Program-made: the position numbers and the translations under genes | Shown here: positions 60,001-64,000 of the stretch, one piece after another | Position numbering within the stretch: position 1 is the stretch's first letter | Layout of the letters: the number at the start of each line of letters is the position of its first letter | Source: Alphaproteobacteria bacterium | GTDB lineage: Bacteria > Pseudomonadota > Alphaproteobacteria > RF32 > CAG-239 | Reading direction: 5' to 3' | DNA length: 64,000 bases | Assembly (NCBI GenBank): GCA_045537965.1 | Contig: JAZSQL010000055.1 | Span: 5,031-69,030, forward strand | Notes under the pieces: generated by a model | Told to the model about the DNA's origin: nothing | Databases searched by the model: none | The model's input: the letters and a program-made list of their open reading frames with translations, nothing else

Positions 60001-61137
60001 ATGTTAACATTCACATTGTTTGGGGCTGTTTTTTCTTCGATAGTATGGCTTGTTTATGCACTTCGTTTTGTTTTTTCGTCATTAACTGGTATATCTTTTT
60101 TTGAAGCAGGGATTCTCAATGTCTTGCTATATGTTGTTTTTGTTTGTTTTCCATTGTTTATTATTTGGGCTATTTATGGTTTTATTTGTCAGCAAATTTA
60201 TAACCGTACAACCTCTCGCCAAATGTTTCGTCTTTTTTCTCAAATGAAAAAAAATCAAGAATATTCTGATTTATTAGCTCGTATAATGCTAGAAACAGAG
60301 CAAAATATAAAAGATTCTTTTATTTTAAGCAGATTTGACTTGCTAATTGCAGATATGAATGAATTGTTGAGTGAATTTTTACACAAAGAGCGTTTGATTT
60401 CGCAAGAACAGGCTGAACATTTGTGGATTAAAGTTCAAAATGGAGGAAAATGGTCTTTTGGCAAAGTTCTAATTGAAAACTATAATCGTCAACCTAATTT
60501 TCAAAAGAAAGTTTTTGCAGATACCTCATCGGACAATGTTTTGTCTGGAACAATAATGGAGTTTTGTGCTCGTTATCAAACGTTAATATCGCTACTTGAA
60601 AAACATGATAAAGAGAAAATCTTTGTTAATGTTATTGAGGCTGGTGTTTTAGGAAAAGTTTATACGGTATTAGCTCCGATAGCCGATGAAATACGACGTT
60701 CTAGAGAGAGTTTTTCATCTTTTGATAATATTGATGAAGAACAAACAATTATTAGACCTACAGAAAATATAAAATCGATAAATACACACCAAGAAAGCAA
60801 TATTGATAAAAAGGGATTTTTTGATAAACTTATTTCCTCTAAAAAAGACGTCATAAAACACGATGAACCAGTAAAAGATGCTTTTTCTCTTGCTTTGGAG
60901 CGAAGTTTCAAGGAAGAAATTGTAAAAGAAGAGCCTATATTTGACGATAAAATAGCTGAAAATAGCTCTTCTGTTAATTTTGACATTGATGAAAAGTCCG
61001 TATTAGATACTCAGATAACTTTAAATAATTTGAAAAAAGAATGGCAAAACCTTGATCCTAAATTGAGCGATTCTACAGATGAAGATTTAACATATCCTTT
61101 TGGCGGATGGACAGATGCAGATAAATATCAGAAATAG
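60001..61137 (+). CDS. hypothetical membrane protein
   Basis: 378-aa ORF with a GGAG RBS, two N-terminal TM helices and an acidic C-terminal tail. No recognised family. Confidence 0.55.
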   Translation: MLTFTLFGAVFSSIVWLVYALRFVFSSLTGISFFEAGILNVLLYVVFVCFPLFIIWAIYGFICQQIYNRTTSRQMFRLFSQMKKNQEYSDLLARIMLETEQNIKDSFILSRFDLLIADMNELLSEFLHKERLISQEQAEHLWIKVQNGGKWSFGKVLIENYNRQPNFQKKVFADTSSDNVLSGTIMEFCARYQTLISLLEKHDKEKIFVNVIEAGVLGKVYTVLAPIADEIRRSRESFSSFDNIDEEQTIIRPTENIKSINTHQESNIDKKGFFDKLISSKKDVIKHDEPVKDAFSLALERSFKEEIVKEEPIFDDKIAENSSSVNFDIDEKSVLDTQITLNNLKKEWQNLDPKLSDSTDEDLTYPFGGWTDADKYQK

Positions 61138-62920
61138 TCTGATAGTAATCTTTTGTCTGTTTTTTTGTTTTATTGCTGAAGCTAAAACAAAAATTTATGA
61201 TTCTTTGTCAATATATGGAAAACCTAAATATCTTCAAAATTTTACAAATTTTTCTTATGTAAATCCTCAAGCTCCTAAAAGAGGAAAAATAACTCTTCCT
61301 GAATATGGTAGTTTTGATAATTTCAACCCTTTCATTTTTAAAGGAATAGCTTTTTCAGAGGGAATTAATTTAACACACGAAAGTTTAGGATATACTCCGA
61401 TAGATGATCAAACATCCGTATATCCTCTTTTGGCATCTAAATTTGAACAACCAGATGATAAAACGTTTATAGGTTTCATATTAAATAAAAATGCAAAATT
61501 TTCTGATGGCTCACCTGTTTTGGCAGATGATGTAATATTTTCTTTTAATGCTCTCATAAAACAAGGAGCTCCTTTATATAAAATTTACTATTCAGACGTA
61601 GATAAAGTAGAAAAGATAAATGATTATCATGTTCGTTTCTATTTCAAAAAAGGATCAAACAATAGAGAGCTACCCCTAATTCTTTCTCAATTTAAAATTT
61701 TTTCTAAGAAAGATTATAAGGATAAAGATTTTTCTAAACCTGAATTACAACCATCTTTAGGAAGCGGTCCTTACACAATTTCATCTTTTGAAGCAAATAA
61801 GTATGTAGAATTGAAGCGTAACAATAATTATTGGGGGCAGGATATTCCAACTCGTAAAGGCTTTTTTAATTTTGATACGATTCGTTTTGAGTTTTATCAA
61901 GATACCACAGTAACTTTGCAAGCATTATTTTCAGGAAGTATAGATGCCAGAGAAGAATATATAGCTAAAATATGGGCAAGTGGTTACGATAATAAACTTG
62001 TTAAAAAGGGCACAATTATAAAAGAAGAAATAGCTCATAATAATCCAGCAGCGTTACAATTTTTTGGCTTTAACACACGCATTAATAAATTTTCAGATAG
62101 AAGAGTTAGAGAAGCTATAGGTCTAGCATTTGATTTTGATTGGGCAAACAAAATGCTTTTCTACAATCAATACAAGAGAATATATAGCTTATTTAGTAAT
62201 ACCAATTTAGCATCGTCAGATTTACCATATGGTAAAGAAAAACAAATTTTACAAAGATATCATAACTATATACCATCTTCAGTTTTTGAAAAAAAATATG
62301 AATTACCAGATAATTCTAGTATTGAAAAGCAGCGAGATAACTTAAAAAAAGCTGTTAGATTATTAAATGAGGCAGGATATGATTTTATTGATGGCGTGAT
62401 GACAAACATGGAAACAGGAGAACCTTTAACAATTGAAGTATTAGGTAATTCAGCTAATGGAGCTTCTTTTACAAGAGTTATGTTGCCATTTATAAATAAT
62501 TTACGCAAAATAGGTATAAAAATGACATTTCGCAATCTTGAAGTAAATATATTTAAAAATCGTCTTGATAAGTTTGAATATGAAATGGCAATTTTATCAT
62601 TTCGTTTAAGTAATTTACCAGGCAATGAACAACGTGAAATGTGGGGATCTCAATCTGCTAACATCAATGGTTCGTATAATGTTATGGGTGTTAAGAATAA
62701 AGCCATAGACGCTATAATAGATGGGCTAATCAACTCGACAAATAAAGAAAATTATGAAGCATATGTAAAGGCGTTAGATAGGGTTATTATGCATGAATAT
62801 TATTTTATACCTCAGTGGTATTCACCAGTAGAAAGGATTGCTTATCACAATAAATTAAAGCATTATAATACAAATATAAAAACAGGTATTGATATTTATT
62901 CTTGGTGGATAGAGGATTAA
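61115..62920 (+). CDS. yejA: ABC transporter periplasmic substrate-binding protein (family 5, YejA-like)
   Basis: Signal peptide after the ATG at 61115, and an SBP_bac_5-like sequence (FSDGSPVLADDVIFSF). Followed by a yejB-like permease. Confidence 0.8.
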   Translation: MQINIRNSLIVIFCLFFCFIAEAKTKIYDSLSIYGKPKYLQNFTNFSYVNPQAPKRGKITLPEYGSFDNFNPFIFKGIAFSEGINLTHESLGYTPIDDQTSVYPLLASKFEQPDDKTFIGFILNKNAKFSDGSPVLADDVIFSFNALIKQGAPLYKIYYSDVDKVEKINDYHVRFYFKKGSNNRELPLILSQFKIFSKKDYKDKDFSKPELQPSLGSGPYTISSFEANKYVELKRNNNYWGQDIPTRKGFFNFDTIRFEFYQDTTVTLQALFSGSIDAREEYIAKIWASGYDNKLVKKGTIIKEEIAHNNPAALQFFGFNTRINKFSDRRVREAIGLAFDFDWANKMLFYNQYKRIYSLFSNTNLASSDLPYGKEKQILQRYHNYIPSSVFEKKYELPDNSSIEKQRDNLKKAVRLLNEAGYDFIDGVMTNMETGEPLTIEVLGNSANGASFTRVMLPFINNLRKIGIKMTFRNLEVNIFKNRLDKFEYEMAILSFRLSNLPGNEQREMWGSQSANINGSYNVMGVKNKAIDAIIDGLINSTNKENYEAYVKALDRVIMHEYYFIPQWYSPVERIAYHNKLKHYNTNIKTGIDIYSWWIED

Positions 62921-62924
62921 CAAA

Positions 62925-64000
62925 ATGCGTAACTATGTTATAAAAAGATTACTTTTAATACCTATAACCTTATTAGGAATATTATCGCTAAATTTTATAA
63001 TTATACAATTTGCTCCAGGAGGGCCAGTTGAACATGTTTTAGCTCAATATCGAGGCATGAATACAGATGCAACAAGCTCAATTTCTGGTAGTTCTGCAGC
63101 GCACATGGAGGGAGCATCATCAAATAAATATTTAGGAGCATCAGGAGTTCCTGACGATTTAATAAAAGAGCTAGAAAAGCAATTTGGGTTTGATAAACCT
63201 GCATATTATCGTTTTTTTAAAATGATAAAGAATTATGCATTATTTGATTTTGGAAAAAGTTTTTATCAAGACAAAAGCGTTGCAAGGTTGATTGCTGAGC
63301 GAATGCCAGTTTCTATTTCATTAGGGCTATGGTCAACACTGATAATATATTTAATAGCAATTCCTCTGGGGGTAAAAAAAGCCATTTTAGATGGTTCTAA
63401 ATTTGATGTTATAACATCTTTTTTAATTGTGGTTGGCGCAGCAATACCTGTATTTTTATTTGCGGTATTTTTAATAGTGATTTTTGCAGGAGGGACATAT
63501 TTTGATTGGTTTCCACTACATGGTTTAACGTCAGATAACTGGAATAATCTATCTTTGTTCGGTAAAATAACAGACTATTTTTGGCATATTACATTACCTG
63601 TTATTGCCATGGTTATAGGTGGATTCGCTTCACTTACAATACTAACCAAAAACTCCTTTTTAGATGAAATAAACAAGCAATATGTTTTAACAGCAAAATC
63701 TAAAGGATTAAATTTAAAACAAATTCTTTATGGACATGTTTTTCGTAATGCAATGCTAATTGTTATAGCTGGTTTTCCTTCTCTTTTAATAAAAATGCTT
63801 TTTACAGGATCTTTATTAGTAGAAGTTGTTTTTTCATTAAATGGATTGGGATTGCTTGGATATCAGGCAATCCTTACAAGAGATTACCCTGTAATATTTG
63901 GAACAATGTATATTTTTGCATTGCTAGGGCTTATCTTAAAGCTAGTATCTGACATTGTTTATTGTTTAGTAGATCCGCGAATTAATTTTGAGTCACGTTA
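62925..64000 (+). CDS. yejB: ABC transporter permease (YejB-like), 3' end runs out of the window
   Basis: Hand translation from the ATG at 62925 is open to the window end. Contains MRNYVIKRLLLIPITLLGILSLNFIIIQFAPGGP and the binding-protein-dependent permease pattern YVLTAKSKGL. It is absent from the ORF track because no stop lies within the window. Confidence 0.8.
   Translation, partial: MRNYVIKRLLLIPITLLGILSLNFIIIQFAPGGPVEHVLAQYRGMNTDATSSISGSSAAHMEGASSNKYLGASGVPDDLIKELEKQFGFDKPAYYRFFKMIKNYALFDFGKSFYQDKSVARLIAERMPVSISLGLWSTLIIYLIAIPLGVKKAILDGSKFDVITSFLIVVGAAIPVFLFAVFLIVIFAGGTYFDWFPLHGLTSDNWNNLSLFGKITDYFWHITLPVIAMVIGGFASLTILTKNSFLDEINKQYVLTAKSKGLNLKQILYGHVFRNAMLIVIAGFPSLLIKMLFTGSLLVEVVFSLNGLGLLGYQAILTRDYPVIFGTMYIFALLGLILKLVSDIVYCLVDPRINFESR

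Overview
This window looks like core chromosome from an AT-rich alphaproteobacterium-type genome, roughly one-third G+C by eye (not computed). It is compact, with many 1-17 nt gene overlaps, and is possibly host-associated. About 64 protein genes, one tRNA and no rRNA are supportable.

The main blocks run as follows:
- The partition cluster rsmG-parA-parB, with a near-perfect parS inside rsmG.
- tsaE, a short HprK, mlaEF, radA and cvpA.
- The conserved minus-strand envelope block rppH, yibQ-like, ctpA, envC-like and gpmI, then a class A PBP.
- polA and gyrB, then a porin translationally coupled to a compact OmpR-type regulator.
- rlmN, an IalB-like gene and cca, then parE-eamA-GNAT-tRNA-Ala(GGC).
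- rpsB-tsf, then xthA-lolA, then the nitrogen-PTS genes EIIA(Man) and NPr.
- An MsbA-like exporter, a decayed autotransporter gene, and recF-dnaN-dnaA with two DnaA boxes upstream.
- rpsT, enoyl-CoA hydratase and mutM, then a kinase-less multi-PAS membrane protein.
- tsaB, a thymidine-phosphorylase-family gene, accD, lapA, ihfB, rmuC, accA and yejA/yejB.

I see no CRISPR array, transposase, integrase, prophage block or recognisable multi-gene defence island, so I cannot honestly name a clear novel system.

The items most worth a second look are:
1. An unannotated 53-codon Ser/Asn-rich ORF ending in GCGCGGY, with a strong RBS, at 37504-37665.
2. A Cys-rich gene resembling the ferredoxin-thioredoxin-reductase catalytic subunit, appended to the parAB operon.
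3. The autotransporter gene, broken at an A8 tract and by two TGG-to-TAG-type amber codons.
4. The porin plus shrunken response-regulator pair.
5. The PAS-only sensor.
6. Several orphan proteins.

All functional calls rest on motif recognition by eye. No database search was run.
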